Assembly: GCA_002796135.1 (NCBI GenBank)
Contig: PCWB01000032.1
Span: 1-53,797 of the forward strand
Reading direction: 5' to 3'
Source: Candidatus Omnitrophica bacterium CG11_big_fil_rev_8_21_14_0_20_41_12
GTDB taxonomy: Bacteria; Omnitrophota; Gorgyraeia; Gygaellales; Profunditerraquicolaceae
Length of the DNA stretch: 53,797 nt
Positions 35,698-44,861 of the stretch are shown here, piece after piece. The position numbers were made by a program, and so were the translations under genes. Numbering within the stretch: the stretch's first letter is position 1; the number at the start of each line of letters is the position of its first letter. Below the pieces are notes generated by a model. That model was not told where the DNA came from. It made no database searches and was given only the letters and a program-made list of their open reading frames with translations.

Positions 35698-37002
35698 ATG
35701 CATAAGCATCCTAAAAAAATTATGAATAAAAAAGGAATAGCCCTGATCGCCACTTATATGACTTTAACTATATTGCTTGCTTACTCCGGGCTCCTTTTTA
35801 ATATAAGCACCGGACAAAACAAAACTACTAATACTTTTAAAAGACAGGCGCAGGCAACGGATATTGCTGAAGCCGGGCTTGACCGGGCGCTTAACTGGCT
35901 AAGAGCTCAACCTATCCCTCCGGGAAGTTCTACTAATCCCTGGGGAGGAATTCAAAATCTCGGGAATCCGGTTATCGGCAGTTATAACGTTGCAATCACT
36001 GATCTTGGCTCGCCCGGGGGTTCGCCTAGCGCGAAAAGATACCGCATAACCTCTACCGGTACGGTCGGCGGAATAACTCAAGTAGTCACGAATTACCTAC
36101 AAACAGATAATTATGCCCGCTATATTTGGTTTACCAATCGCGAGCAATTTGGCCCTTATAATGTATGGTTCTGGGACCAGGATCGTTTAAACGGGCCAAC
36201 GCATACTAACGGGCATTTTAATATTAAAGGAACGCCTATATTTGACGGAGAAGTGCGTTCTGTAGACGACTATATCAGGTATTTTAATAATGGTAACAAT
36301 ATTAATTCCTCTAATTTGAGTAATCCTCCTTATGATTTACCTGATTTTCAAGACACCGTTACTTTGGGCGCTGATTCAACTAATATGCCTACTCAGGCAT
36401 TAAACTTACGCACCGCTTCTACCGACGCCGGAGGCTTGCGGCTAAACGGTAACACAACTATTGTTTTAAATGCAGACGGAACAATGAATGTCACTAATTC
36501 TAAAAAACATTGGAGCAATCAAAATATGGCTTTACCTGCCAATGGGGCACTTTTTGTTGATAAGGGTTCTCTGACAATTTCAGGAACACTTAACGGCAGA
36601 TTAACCGCCGGAGCAAGCAGAGATATCAATATCCCTAATAATATAATTTACGCCGATGACCCGCGGGTAAATCCGGCATCAACAGACACTTTAGGCCTTA
36701 TCGCGGAACAAGATGTGATGATCGATCATAGCGCCCCCAGCAATTTAGAGGTAGACGCATCGATTATGGCTTTAAACACTTCGTTTATGCTGGAAAGCTG
36801 GTGGCAGGGGCCGGCAAAAGGAACCTTAACTGTCTTCGGAGGGATAATCCAGAACCAAAGAGGCCCGGTAGGAACTTTTAGCGGAACAACAAAAGTATCG
36901 GGTTATTCTAAAAACTATGATTATGACCAAAGGCTATTAAGTTCTCCTCCGCCGTTTGTCCCGACAACCGGAGATTATATTACCTTATCCTGGGAGAATT
37001 AA
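35698..37002 (+). CDS. PilX/GspK-like large pseudopilin (PilX_N-type N-terminus, no Glu+5)
   Basis: KKGIALIATYMTLTILL followed by AQATDIAEAGLDRALNWL. The Asn/Gly/Thr-rich C-terminal region suggests beta-rich repeats. Confidence 0.6.
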   Translation: MHKHPKKIMNKKGIALIATYMTLTILLAYSGLLFNISTGQNKTTNTFKRQAQATDIAEAGLDRALNWLRAQPIPPGSSTNPWGGIQNLGNPVIGSYNVAITDLGSPGGSPSAKRYRITSTGTVGGITQVVTNYLQTDNYARYIWFTNREQFGPYNVWFWDQDRLNGPTHTNGHFNIKGTPIFDGEVRSVDDYIRYFNNGNNINSSNLSNPPYDLPDFQDTVTLGADSTNMPTQALNLRTASTDAGGLRLNGNTTIVLNADGTMNVTNSKKHWSNQNMALPANGALFVDKGSLTISGTLNGRLTAGASRDINIPNNIIYADDPRVNPASTDTLGLIAEQDVMIDHSAPSNLEVDASIMALNTSFMLESWWQGPAKGTLTVFGGIIQNQRGPVGTFSGTTKVSGYSKNYDYDQRLLSSPPPFVPTTGDYITLSWEN

Positions 37003-37005
37003 TCT

Positions 37006-37416
37006 ATGAAAATTAAGTGGCTGATTATTGTATCAATAGTTTGCGTGGGAATAATATTCATCACTTTTATGCTTACCAAACAGGATCTTAAAAGCCAATT
37101 ACATCCGGATAAAGCCATAATTGTGCCTAAACAAGCAGAAAATTATCCGCAATCGCTTTCCCTGCCTACACCGATAAAATTAGTTACAAAATCTGCTCCT
37201 ATAACACCGGCCAAAAGCGCGATCACAATCATTAGCAAACCTGCCATAGAAGAGCCGCAAAAACAAATCCCCCTGCCTGAAACTATCCCTTATAAAAATC
37301 CCTCATCAAATGCTGATGATAGAAATAACTCTCAATCAGGGATCACCAAAATTGGAAAACAACCCGCCCCTAAAGAATCCCAAGAGATGCAATCACAAGG
37401 AATAGTTTTATATTAA
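37006..37416 (+). CDS. Membrane-anchored Pro-rich protein, function unknown
   Basis: N-terminal TM segment (WLIIVSIVCVGIIFITFML) and a low-complexity Pro/Lys/Ser tail. Positional coupling to the pilin genes. Confidence 0.45.
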   Translation: MKIKWLIIVSIVCVGIIFITFMLTKQDLKSQLHPDKAIIVPKQAENYPQSLSLPTPIKLVTKSAPITPAKSAITIISKPAIEEPQKQIPLPETIPYKNPSSNADDRNNSQSGITKIGKQPAPKESQEMQSQGIVLY

Positions 37417-37479
37417 AATAGGGACAGCGACTATTTTTTAAAGCATCAGTCAATTAAAAATAGTCGCTGTCCCTATTTT
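37415..37479. terminator. Bidirectional terminator: 26-bp near-perfect inverted repeat
   Basis: aaaatagggacagcgactattttt (37415-37438) pairs with aaaaatagtcgctgtccctatttt (37456-37479), with U-runs on both strands. It lies between the convergent pilin cluster and the tRNA genes. Confidence 0.75.
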
Positions 37480-37482
37480 AAC

Positions 37483-37561
37483 TGGCGGGGCCGACGAGAT
37501 TCGGACTCGCGATCTCCTCCGTGACAGGGAGGCGCTTTAAGCCAGGCTAAGCTACGACCCC
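37483..37561 (-). tRNA. tRNA-Asp (anticodon GUC), CCA encoded
   Basis: Hand-folded cloverleaf: acceptor GGGGTCG/CGGCCCC, D stem GCTT/AAGC, anticodon stem CCTCC/GGAGG with loop CTGTCAC, T loop TCCGAAT. Confidence 0.9.
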
Positions 37562-37623
37562 AAATATAAGAGGCTAAATTCTAACCTAAAATATTACCCT
37601 TGGCAACAATTTTTTATCTAAAA

Positions 37624-37700
37624 TGGTGGGCGATAGAGGAGTTGAACCCCTGACCCTCTGAATGTAAATCAGATGCTCTAACCAACTGAGCTAATCGCCC
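37624..37700 (-). tRNA. tRNA-Val (anticodon UAC), CCA encoded
   Basis: Acceptor GGGCGAT/ATCGCCC, D arm GCTC-AGTTGGTTA-GAGC, anticodon stem TCTGA/TCAGA with loop TTTACAT, T loop TTCAACT. Confidence 0.9.
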
Positions 37701-37710
37701 TTAAAATCTT

Positions 37711-38163
37711 TTAAAACTTTCCTAAAAGTGTCATACAGAAAGCCATCACAAAAAGCGCGACGGTTTCAGCCATACCTAAAACCACAATATAATTAGCAAA
37801 CCCTTTACCGGTTTCCCCCATGGCATCGCAAGCTACAGCCGCGCATTTACCCTGGAAGAAAGCGGATAAACCAATTGCTAAACCGGCAAATGCTCCCACG
37901 CTCCAAAGAAATAAACCCTTAGTAGTTATAATTTCTAACATCTTATTCATCACGATCATGCCGTATACGGTCTGCGTCAAAGGAGCAGCAGTAAAAGCTA
38001 CTAGCATAAAAGAAGCGGGTTTATTCTGTGAATAGTTTTTCTTCCATGCTCCGATCGCACTCATTCCGGCAATGCCAGTTCCTAAAACCGAACCAACCGC
38101 CGCCAGTGCCAAGGCTAAAATCGCACCCAAATCTTTGAATTGCATCATTAATCCTTGCTCCAT
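37711..38163 (-). CDS. atpK: V-type ATPase subunit K (16-kDa, four-helix proteolipid)
   Basis: Four TM helices. Alignable with Enterococcus hirae NtpK: PLTQTVYGM, FFQGKCAAVA, GMAETVALF. Confidence 0.88.
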   Translation of the reverse strand: MEQGLMMQFKDLGAILALALAAVGSVLGTGIAGMSAIGAWKKNYSQNKPASFMLVAFTAAPLTQTVYGMIVMNKMLEIITTKGLFLWSVGAFAGLAIGLSAFFQGKCAAVACDAMGETGKGFANYIVVLGMAETVALFVMAFCMTLLGKF

Positions 38164-38181
38164 AGCATCCCTCCTTCATCT

Positions 38182-39948
38182 CTATTCTTTTAATGGTTTA
38201 TATACCGTACCACTCCATGAAATATTAGCATGGCTGGAAAACTCTAAAAGATTAAGCCTTATACCATGCACTAAAACTGATAACGGGCCTAAAACCAGAC
38301 ATAAAACATGCCCAAGCATAAGAACAAATACACTAATTAATAAAGCAGGTACACTTTTAAAACCAATGCCTGCGGCCATGGAATTAAAAGCATCGGCAAT
38401 CGCCACGGCGGCCATACCGACGGCAAAAAGACGAATATAAGAAACTACCTCTCCGAAGCTGCCGATCAGCGCTAAAGCTAAAGGAATTAAATCAACGTTG
38501 AGAATTTTAAAAATATTTTTCTGAGGTTTATTAAATAAAACTACCAAACTTACCCCAGAGATAATTAGCCACTTGCCAAGAGCAGGAAACGGTTCCCCTA
38601 AAATCAGCATCTTGGCCAATAAAAATACCGACCAGATTACGCCGATCCAGCCAACATCAGCTAAGGCAGCTACGGAAGGCAGTTTAATTACCGCCCGCCA
38701 GATATGCGCAACACTAAGGTGTAATGCTCCTACAAAAAAACAAAACGACTGAATAGTAGTAAGATTATTTAAGGCAGGCACCAGAGGCTTATACCCCGCT
38801 TTTAACAACCACTCATGTCCAAAGAACGTTCCCGTTAATAGCCCCCATATAATAGCGCATAAGCTCAACAAATAAAAGAGATAAAAGACGGTTTTATTTT
38901 TAAGCTTTGCGCCGGATTTCTTATGTATCCAGAAAGTTAAAAGCAGATATACAATTCCGTAGCCGGCATCTCCAATAAGCATCCCGAAGAAAAGGCTGAA
39001 AAAGAAAATAAAAACCGGGCTAATATCCCACTCATGATATTCGGGAAAAACATCCAAAAACTTAAAAACCGGGCTAACTACTGCAATCCAGCGCGGATTA
39101 CGGATTAATGTCGGGGCACTGTCTGCCGGGGAAGGTTCGGTTATGGCTAATGCCCATTGCTCCTGCTTAGCCCGAAGAACTAATTTTTCGGCACTATCAA
39201 AAGGAATATAACCACTAATATAAACAAGCGTCTGGTCCTGCCCCATCCCGCTTAATGCCTCCTGGAACTCTAGCTCCTTTTGTAAAGCAGATTTTATTTT
39301 ATCCAAAGAAGCCGCCTGACCTAGCTGCTCAATCAATTTTTGTTCGATATTCCGGATAGTTTGTTGATCATGTTCTCTACGCCTAAACATATGCGCTAGG
39401 CTCATTTGAGGCAGGGGAATTTCCTTAATCCCGATGTCAATACTGCTGCGCCTGAGAAGAAGGCAATTGGCAATACCTCCTTTAACCGAAAGCTTGTTGA
39501 CTATAATATCTTCGGGAAGAGAATCCAACTGTTTAAGCGATATGTGGAAAAGTCCAGCAAAAATATTATACTTGGCTAAATCCGCAAAACTTTGCGGATC
39601 AAAATCACCCCACTCTTCATATTGTTTAATGCGCATAGAAAGAGCGCGGAAGTATTCTGTTAATTGTTCCCGATGTTTATACAGATCAATGATACGCTGG
39701 CTGACCTCTCTGCCATCAGCTGCTTCTTTATCGATCACAACATAGCCCGGCTTAGTTTTGATCCCTGATAAAATACTCAAAGCCTGATCAATCAAAACAA
39801 TCGTCTCAGACAAAGAACTGACATCTTTGCTCTTAGGTGATTGCTGGTGTTCAATATGCAAAACCCCAAGTCTGCGCAGGCTGTTTAAAGCGCTTTGGCT
39901 GTCTTTAGCTTGAGTAACCACGACCGCCTTTTTCATGGCCACGATCAT
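38182..39948 (-). CDS. atpI: V-type ATPase subunit I (a-subunit, stator/ion channel)
   Basis: Soluble N-terminal half followed by a multi-TM C-terminal half containing SYIRLFAVGMA. Operon position supports the call. Confidence 0.85.
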   Translation of the reverse strand: MIVAMKKAVVVTQAKDSQSALNSLRRLGVLHIEHQQSPKSKDVSSLSETIVLIDQALSILSGIKTKPGYVVIDKEAADGREVSQRIIDLYKHREQLTEYFRALSMRIKQYEEWGDFDPQSFADLAKYNIFAGLFHISLKQLDSLPEDIIVNKLSVKGGIANCLLLRRSSIDIGIKEIPLPQMSLAHMFRRREHDQQTIRNIEQKLIEQLGQAASLDKIKSALQKELEFQEALSGMGQDQTLVYISGYIPFDSAEKLVLRAKQEQWALAITEPSPADSAPTLIRNPRWIAVVSPVFKFLDVFPEYHEWDISPVFIFFFSLFFGMLIGDAGYGIVYLLLTFWIHKKSGAKLKNKTVFYLFYLLSLCAIIWGLLTGTFFGHEWLLKAGYKPLVPALNNLTTIQSFCFFVGALHLSVAHIWRAVIKLPSVAALADVGWIGVIWSVFLLAKMLILGEPFPALGKWLIISGVSLVVLFNKPQKNIFKILNVDLIPLALALIGSFGEVVSYIRLFAVGMAAVAIADAFNSMAAGIGFKSVPALLISVFVLMLGHVLCLVLGPLSVLVHGIRLNLLEFSSHANISWSGTVYKPLKE

Positions 39949-40562
39949 GCCAGGCCTCCTACTAAAACCATTTCTTCGATTTTTCTTTTGGCAATTTTAC
40001 AACGGCCGACTGCATTAGCCATTTGATCTCCGATATAAATTTTGATCAAGCGGATATTTTCTTCTGCCTCCGGGATCTTGACCTTCTCAAAAAGATTTAC
40101 TCTTTGATTAGTAACACGCAACTCCTGGCGCAATATCGCCATTCCTTGAGCAACTATTGAAACCTCTTCATTCAAAATAATGACCTCTCTAAAAGCCTCA
40201 ATGGCCGCATCAATCCATAAAGGAGCGGCAAATAAATCATATTCCGCTGCTTCAAATTCTATTTTGTCAAATACCGGAATATCTATGCCTGCGATATTTC
40301 TGGAATGCGTGATTATTTTTTGTCCCGATAAAAACTGTTTAAGATCCCCCGCCGGCTCACTAAGCAAACCTATCCAGAGATCAATTGATGCTTTTTTAAC
40401 AAGCAACGCCTGATTTCTGGCTTCAAGAATTAAACCCTGCTGCAGTATTTCCAGCTGTAATTGTTGTTTTTTTAATTGTAAGGTGGGTAGATAGCGTCGC
40501 AGCTGTTTTAAAGCATCTCGCTGTCTCTTTAATTCGCCTTTGGTAAACTTTAGTTTCGCCAT
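39945..40562 (-). CDS. atpD: V-type ATPase subunit D
   Basis: LKFTKGELKRQRDALKQLRRYLPTLQLKKQQL and the long coiled-coil character typical of subunit D. Confidence 0.85.
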   Translation of the reverse strand: MAKLKFTKGELKRQRDALKQLRRYLPTLQLKKQQLQLEILQQGLILEARNQALLVKKASIDLWIGLLSEPAGDLKQFLSGQKIITHSRNIAGIDIPVFDKIEFEAAEYDLFAAPLWIDAAIEAFREVIILNEEVSIVAQGMAILRQELRVTNQRVNLFEKVKIPEAEENIRLIKIYIGDQMANAVGRCKIAKRKIEEMVLVGGLA

Positions 40563-40603
40563 TATCCCGTCTATCCCTATAAAATTAAAAAATTGTTCTT
40601 ACT

Positions 40604-41920
40604 TTATTTTTGACGGGGCCAAAACTGTTCAATAATTGAAAGTTTTATTCCGGTCTCTTCCGGCAGAAAACAATCAGCTAAAATCTGCCAGCCTAAATCC
40701 AAGGCTTTTTCTAAAGGAATATTTACTTTAAGCGACATTATCTTCTCTTCAAAAAGTAAACCGTATTTAAGTAATTTGTTGTCCCAGGCGCTCATCTGGA
40801 ATCCCATCGACTGCTTTTCCAAAGCCTCCCGGTAGCTGGCAAAAAGTTGGATCATGGTATCCATAATCGTACGGTGGTCAGCGCGGGTTTTTCCGTTTAC
40901 CTGCTGCTTTAAACGGCTCAACGAACCGAAGGGTTCAATTACCCCGCCCTTAAGATAAAACTGCCCTTCAGTAATATAGCCGGTATTATCAGGAACAGGG
41001 TGCGTCACATCGTCTCCCGGCATAGTCGTAACTGCTAAAATTGTAATCGAACCAGCAGTATCAAAATCTACAGCTTTTTCATAACGGCTGGCAAGCTGAC
41101 TATAAAGATCCCCGGGATAACCGCGGTTAGAAGGAACCTGCTCCATCGTGATAGAAATTTCTTTTAAGGCATCGGCAAAATTAGTCATATCGCTTAATAA
41201 AACTAACACGCGCTTACCTTTTAAAGCAAAATCTTCAGCAACCGCCAAGGCCAGATCCGGAACTAAAAGGCATTCCACGACCGGATCCGATGCGGTGTGC
41301 ATAAAAAATATCGAGCGACTTAAAGCGCCATGCTGTTTTAAAGTATCTTTAAAAAACAGGTAATCGTCATATTTTAAGCCCATACCGCCGAGGATAATAA
41401 TATCGACCTCAGCCTGAATCGCAATCCTGGCCAGCAGTTCATTATAAGGCTCTCCAGAGATGGAAAAAATGGGCAGCTTCTGAGATTCAACCAAAGAATT
41501 AAAGACATCGACCATGGGAATCCCAGTGCGGATCATTTTATTAGGAATAATTCTTTTGACGGGATTCACCGGAGGCGCACCAATATCCACCAAATTTTCA
41601 GAAAGCTCAGGGCCCCGGTCCAAAGGCATGCCGCTTCCGTTAAATATACGGCCCAAGAGATCATCTCCAGTAGCTACCCGCATCGGATGGTTTAAAAAAC
41701 GTACTTTATCCCCTGTAGAAATTCCCCGGCTTCCGGCAAAAACCTGCAAAGATACTTTTTTACCATCGATACGGATAACCTGCGCCAGGCTTGTTCCAGA
41801 GCGAATGTCAATCTGGGCCACATCATTATAACCCACACCCTCAGCCTCGACGATGATCACATCTCCGGCAATCTGAATTATATTAGTATATACTTTTAGC
41901 ACTTGTCCACGAGGACACAC
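40604..41920 (-). CDS. atpB: V-type ATPase subunit B (non-catalytic)
   Basis: [29 protein letters not shown] and GYPGDLYS motifs. The start is ambiguous: GTG at 41920 lies inside a hairpin stem, and GTG at 41902 is an alternative. Confidence 0.88.
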   Translation of the reverse strand: MCPRGQVLKVYTNIIQIAGDVIIVEAEGVGYNDVAQIDIRSGTSLAQVIRIDGKKVSLQVFAGSRGISTGDKVRFLNHPMRVATGDDLLGRIFNGSGMPLDRGPELSENLVDIGAPPVNPVKRIIPNKMIRTGIPMVDVFNSLVESQKLPIFSISGEPYNELLARIAIQAEVDIIILGGMGLKYDDYLFFKDTLKQHGALSRSIFFMHTASDPVVECLLVPDLALAVAEDFALKGKRVLVLLSDMTNFADALKEISITMEQVPSNRGYPGDLYSQLASRYEKAVDFDTAGSITILAVTTMPGDDVTHPVPDNTGYITEGQFYLKGGVIEPFGSLSRLKQQVNGKTRADHRTIMDTMIQLFASYREALEKQSMGFQMSAWDNKLLKYGLLFEEKIMSLKVNIPLEKALDLGWQILADCFLPEETGIKLSIIEQFWPRQK

Positions 41921-41990
41921 CCGCGCAATTAGCGCACAAGCGCATGCCGACGCATACCTATTGCGTCGGGCGCCATTAAGCGCGGGGTGT
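41917..41990 (-). other. GC-rich compound palindromic element filling the atpA-atpB intergenic spacer
   Basis: Outer stem acacccgcgc (41917-41926) pairs with gcgcggggtgt (41980-41990). Inner hairpin ccgacgca (41947-41954) pairs with tgcgtcgg (41962-41969). There is also a mini-hairpin gcgc-acaa-gcgc (41932-41943). Confidence 0.5.
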
Positions 41991-43717
41991 TATCCTTTCC
42001 TTTTTTCTTCAAGTAATGTAGTAATTTTCTCTTCAACCCTTCTAAACTCTACACCCTCCCAAGGACTTGAGTTCCAAGTACGAAACAATTGTCCTAATTT
42101 CTGGAAAAAATGCCGTGCATTTTCTTTATCTTCTAATTTAAATTCAGAAAATAAGATCTTATGGATAAAATTAAAAATGTAAATTTGCCTTTCTTCAGAA
42201 GTGGCTTCATCAACCTCATCAAAAGCATTCTGCTGCAAATAAACCGAATCAAAAAATTCTCCTTTAAGATAGGCGATATAGTCTTTAAGTGAGGTTCCTT
42301 CTTCTCCGATAACTTTCATCATTTGAGCAATCTCATTGCTCCTGCGCAAGGCGGCATGAGCGGAATTCTCTTTTGCCTCATCGATAAAACCGTGATATTT
42401 GCTCCAGCTGATCAAAGGATCAATCGCCGGATATCTGCGTGCATCCGAACGCTGGCGGCTTAACCCATGGAAAGCGCCGACAACTTTAAGTGTAGCTTGA
42501 GTAACCGGCTCCTCAAAGTTTCCCCCGGCCGGGCTAACTGTGCCTCCGATAGTAACCGAACCAAATGTACCATCATGTAATTTAACCAGCCCTGCTCTTT
42601 CATAAAAAGAAGCGATCCGCGATTCAAGATAAGCAGGAAATGCTTCTTCTCCGGGAATTTCTTCCAGCCTTCCGGACATCTCACGCATCGCCTGGGCCCA
42701 GCGCGAAGTAGAGTCTGCTAAAAGGAGTACATTTAAGCCCATTTGACGATAATATTCTGCCAGTGTAACTGCGGTATAAACACTGGATTCTCGGGCGGCA
42801 ACCGGCATTGAGCTGGTGTTACAAATAATCACCGTACGGTCAATCAGCGGTTTATTGGTACGCAGATCAATTATTTCAGGAAAGGTTTTAAGTGTTTCCA
42901 CTACTTCTCCGGCACGCTCACCGCAAGCTGCAATAATTACAATATCAACCTGCGCATGCCGACTGGTTAATTGTTGTAAAACAGTTTTCCCGGCGCCAAA
43001 TGGCCCAGGAATGCAATATGTGCCCCCGCGGGAAACCGGAAACAAAGAATCAATCAAGCGCATCTTAGTCACCAGCGGTTCACTAGGTTTTAATTTTTCA
43101 GCATAGGCCTGAATAGGAACCTTAACCGGCCAGCTCTGTTTTAAAAATACGTCATGTAATTTTCCGGATTGATCCTTTAAAACAGCGATCTTTTCACTGA
43201 TCTTACGCTTAGCTCGACCGGATATTTCCACTACTTCCAGAACCCCTTTTAATCCAAAAGGAGCCATAATATAATGCTTAAAAATCTTTTCCGGAACAAC
43301 TCCTAATTTACTGCCGGCTAAAACTTGAGCACCGGCCTCGACCAAAGGAGTAAACTCCCACTCAGTATTTACCAGAGCTTCTAAATAAACGCCTCTTTTA
43401 AGAAAAAATCCGCATTGCTTGGCTAAAGCAGGAAGAGGATTCTGTAAGCCATCAAAAATCTGGCCTAGTAAACCCGGACCCAGTTCAACAGAAAGCAGCT
43501 CATTGCTAAATTCAACCTGCTCGCCGATTTTTAAGCCTGTCGTACTTTCATATACCTGCATTTCGGCTAAATCAGCTCTGACGCGGATGACCTCGGCTTT
43601 TAGCCGTTGTTGGCCATGCAAAATATAAGCCACTTCATTCTGGATAACAAAATCATCCAGCTTGACGGTAACCATATTGCCATTGATTTTTGCGATATGC
43701 CCTATTCTTTTATTCAT
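41990..43717 (-). CDS. atpA: V-type ATPase subunit A (catalytic)
   Basis: Walker A GPFGAGKTV, LLADSTSRWAQAMREMS and PAYLESRIASFYERAG. Confidence 0.93.
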   Translation of the reverse strand: MNKRIGHIAKINGNMVTVKLDDFVIQNEVAYILHGQQRLKAEVIRVRADLAEMQVYESTTGLKIGEQVEFSNELLSVELGPGLLGQIFDGLQNPLPALAKQCGFFLKRGVYLEALVNTEWEFTPLVEAGAQVLAGSKLGVVPEKIFKHYIMAPFGLKGVLEVVEISGRAKRKISEKIAVLKDQSGKLHDVFLKQSWPVKVPIQAYAEKLKPSEPLVTKMRLIDSLFPVSRGGTYCIPGPFGAGKTVLQQLTSRHAQVDIVIIAACGERAGEVVETLKTFPEIIDLRTNKPLIDRTVIICNTSSMPVAARESSVYTAVTLAEYYRQMGLNVLLLADSTSRWAQAMREMSGRLEEIPGEEAFPAYLESRIASFYERAGLVKLHDGTFGSVTIGGTVSPAGGNFEEPVTQATLKVVGAFHGLSRQRSDARRYPAIDPLISWSKYHGFIDEAKENSAHAALRRSNEIAQMMKVIGEEGTSLKDYIAYLKGEFFDSVYLQQNAFDEVDEATSEERQIYIFNFIHKILFSEFKLEDKENARHFFQKLGQLFRTWNSSPWEGVEFRRVEEKITTLLEEKRKG

Positions 43718-43724
43718 TATAAAA

Positions 43725-44258
43725 TTAATGCGGCAGAACTTTTTCTGCCATGGCTGCTTTGTCAGCAGTTCCGATTCTGGTCCAACGTTCTAAAATAGCC
43801 AGCTTTAAAGCATAAACTAAAAGAAAGTCCAGATCAAAATAATGCCCTGCCGCCAGCTCATCTAAAAACTCCCAGCGCACCAGATCTAAATACTTTTCTG
43901 CTTCTAAAATAGACCCTTGACGCAGACTTGCCTGGGCAATGTGAGTTATATTTATATCAAAAGATGGCCCCTGACGCAAGAACTTCTCCGGATTAATCTT
44001 CTTACGTGCTGCCCGGGCACGCGCCAGCTCATTCCTTAATCCCAGATCAAATTCCCTCCATTTCCACAATATATTATTCTTGGGTGAATCCAGAGCATAG
44101 GCATCGGTAGAAATAGCCTGTCGAATAAGATTAAAATCCTTCCCGGGAATAAGCTCTGTGCAACGCTCTAGAAAATTATCTACACTGATCACCGGATGAT
44201 TACCGGTAAAATGCAGCATTGGAAGGCTAGAAATTAAATAAATATAATAACTGGGCAT
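43725..44258 (-). CDS. DUF2764-like protein (subunit C-equivalent of Bacteroidota/Chlamydia-type V-ATPase operons)
   Basis: The call rests mainly on its position between E and A, its size (177 aa) and the N-terminal YYIYLISSLPML motif as I recall this family. Confidence 0.5.
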   Translation of the reverse strand: MPSYYIYLISSLPMLHFTGNHPVISVDNFLERCTELIPGKDFNLIRQAISTDAYALDSPKNNILWKWREFDLGLRNELARARAARKKINPEKFLRQGPSFDINITHIAQASLRQGSILEAEKYLDLVRWEFLDELAAGHYFDLDFLLVYALKLAILERWTRIGTADKAAMAEKVLPH

Positions 44259-44861
44259 TTATTTTATTTTTAATATCCGGGCTAACTCCGGTCTGATATC
44301 TAAAGCAATATATTCGGCTAAAGCAGTATCGGAGAAATCAAAATGAGATTTTCCGGCATCAAAACTAATACGTAACCCTGCGCTGATCTCATCGCTGGCT
44401 TTAAGCACGATCTGGGCCTTGGTCTCTTCAATAAGTTTCTTTAAGAAACACTTCTCCAGATGCTTGCGGTCTTCTACACTAAGAGTGATAATAACCTGTG
44501 AACTTCCTTTATCGGTGGCACCCTTAATCAATGCCAGAATGATCTTAAATAGCTCTTCGGGGGTCAGGCTCTGACGAATATTTTCGGCCACCAGCTTATC
44601 AAGCATTGTATCAACCTGAGCTCTTAAGGTAATGAGAAAATCCCTTCCCGCCTGACTAAGAGAAGTTTCCATGGATTTTCTGATCTTATCTGCCTGCTCC
44701 TGAGCATCGCCGGTGATCTTTTTTGCCTGGGCATGCGCCTGAGCAATAATCAGCTGTGCCTGGGCATGCGCTTTGGCCTCTATTTCTCTGGCTTTATCTT
44801 CTGCTGCTTTTATGCCTTCAGTCTGGATTTTTGCGATTAAATCTTTAATTTCTTTGGCCAT
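44259..44861 (-). CDS. atpE: V-type ATPase subunit E
   Basis: Long N-terminal Ala/Lys/Glu/Gln helix (EAKAHAQAQLIIAQAHAQAKK) plus a globular C-terminus; first gene of the operon. Confidence 0.75.
   Translation of the reverse strand: MAKEIKDLIAKIQTEGIKAAEDKAREIEAKAHAQAQLIIAQAHAQAKKITGDAQEQADKIRKSMETSLSQAGRDFLITLRAQVDTMLDKLVAENIRQSLTPEELFKIILALIKGATDKGSSQVIITLSVEDRKHLEKCFLKKLIEETKAQIVLKASDEISAGLRISFDAGKSHFDFSDTALAEYIALDIRPELARILKIK

Noticed and set aside
37601-37616. Sigma54-like TGGCAA-N5-TTTT on the plus strand between the two tRNAs
   Set aside because: It lacks the conserved GC of the -12 element (TTGC), and no plus-strand gene lies downstream.
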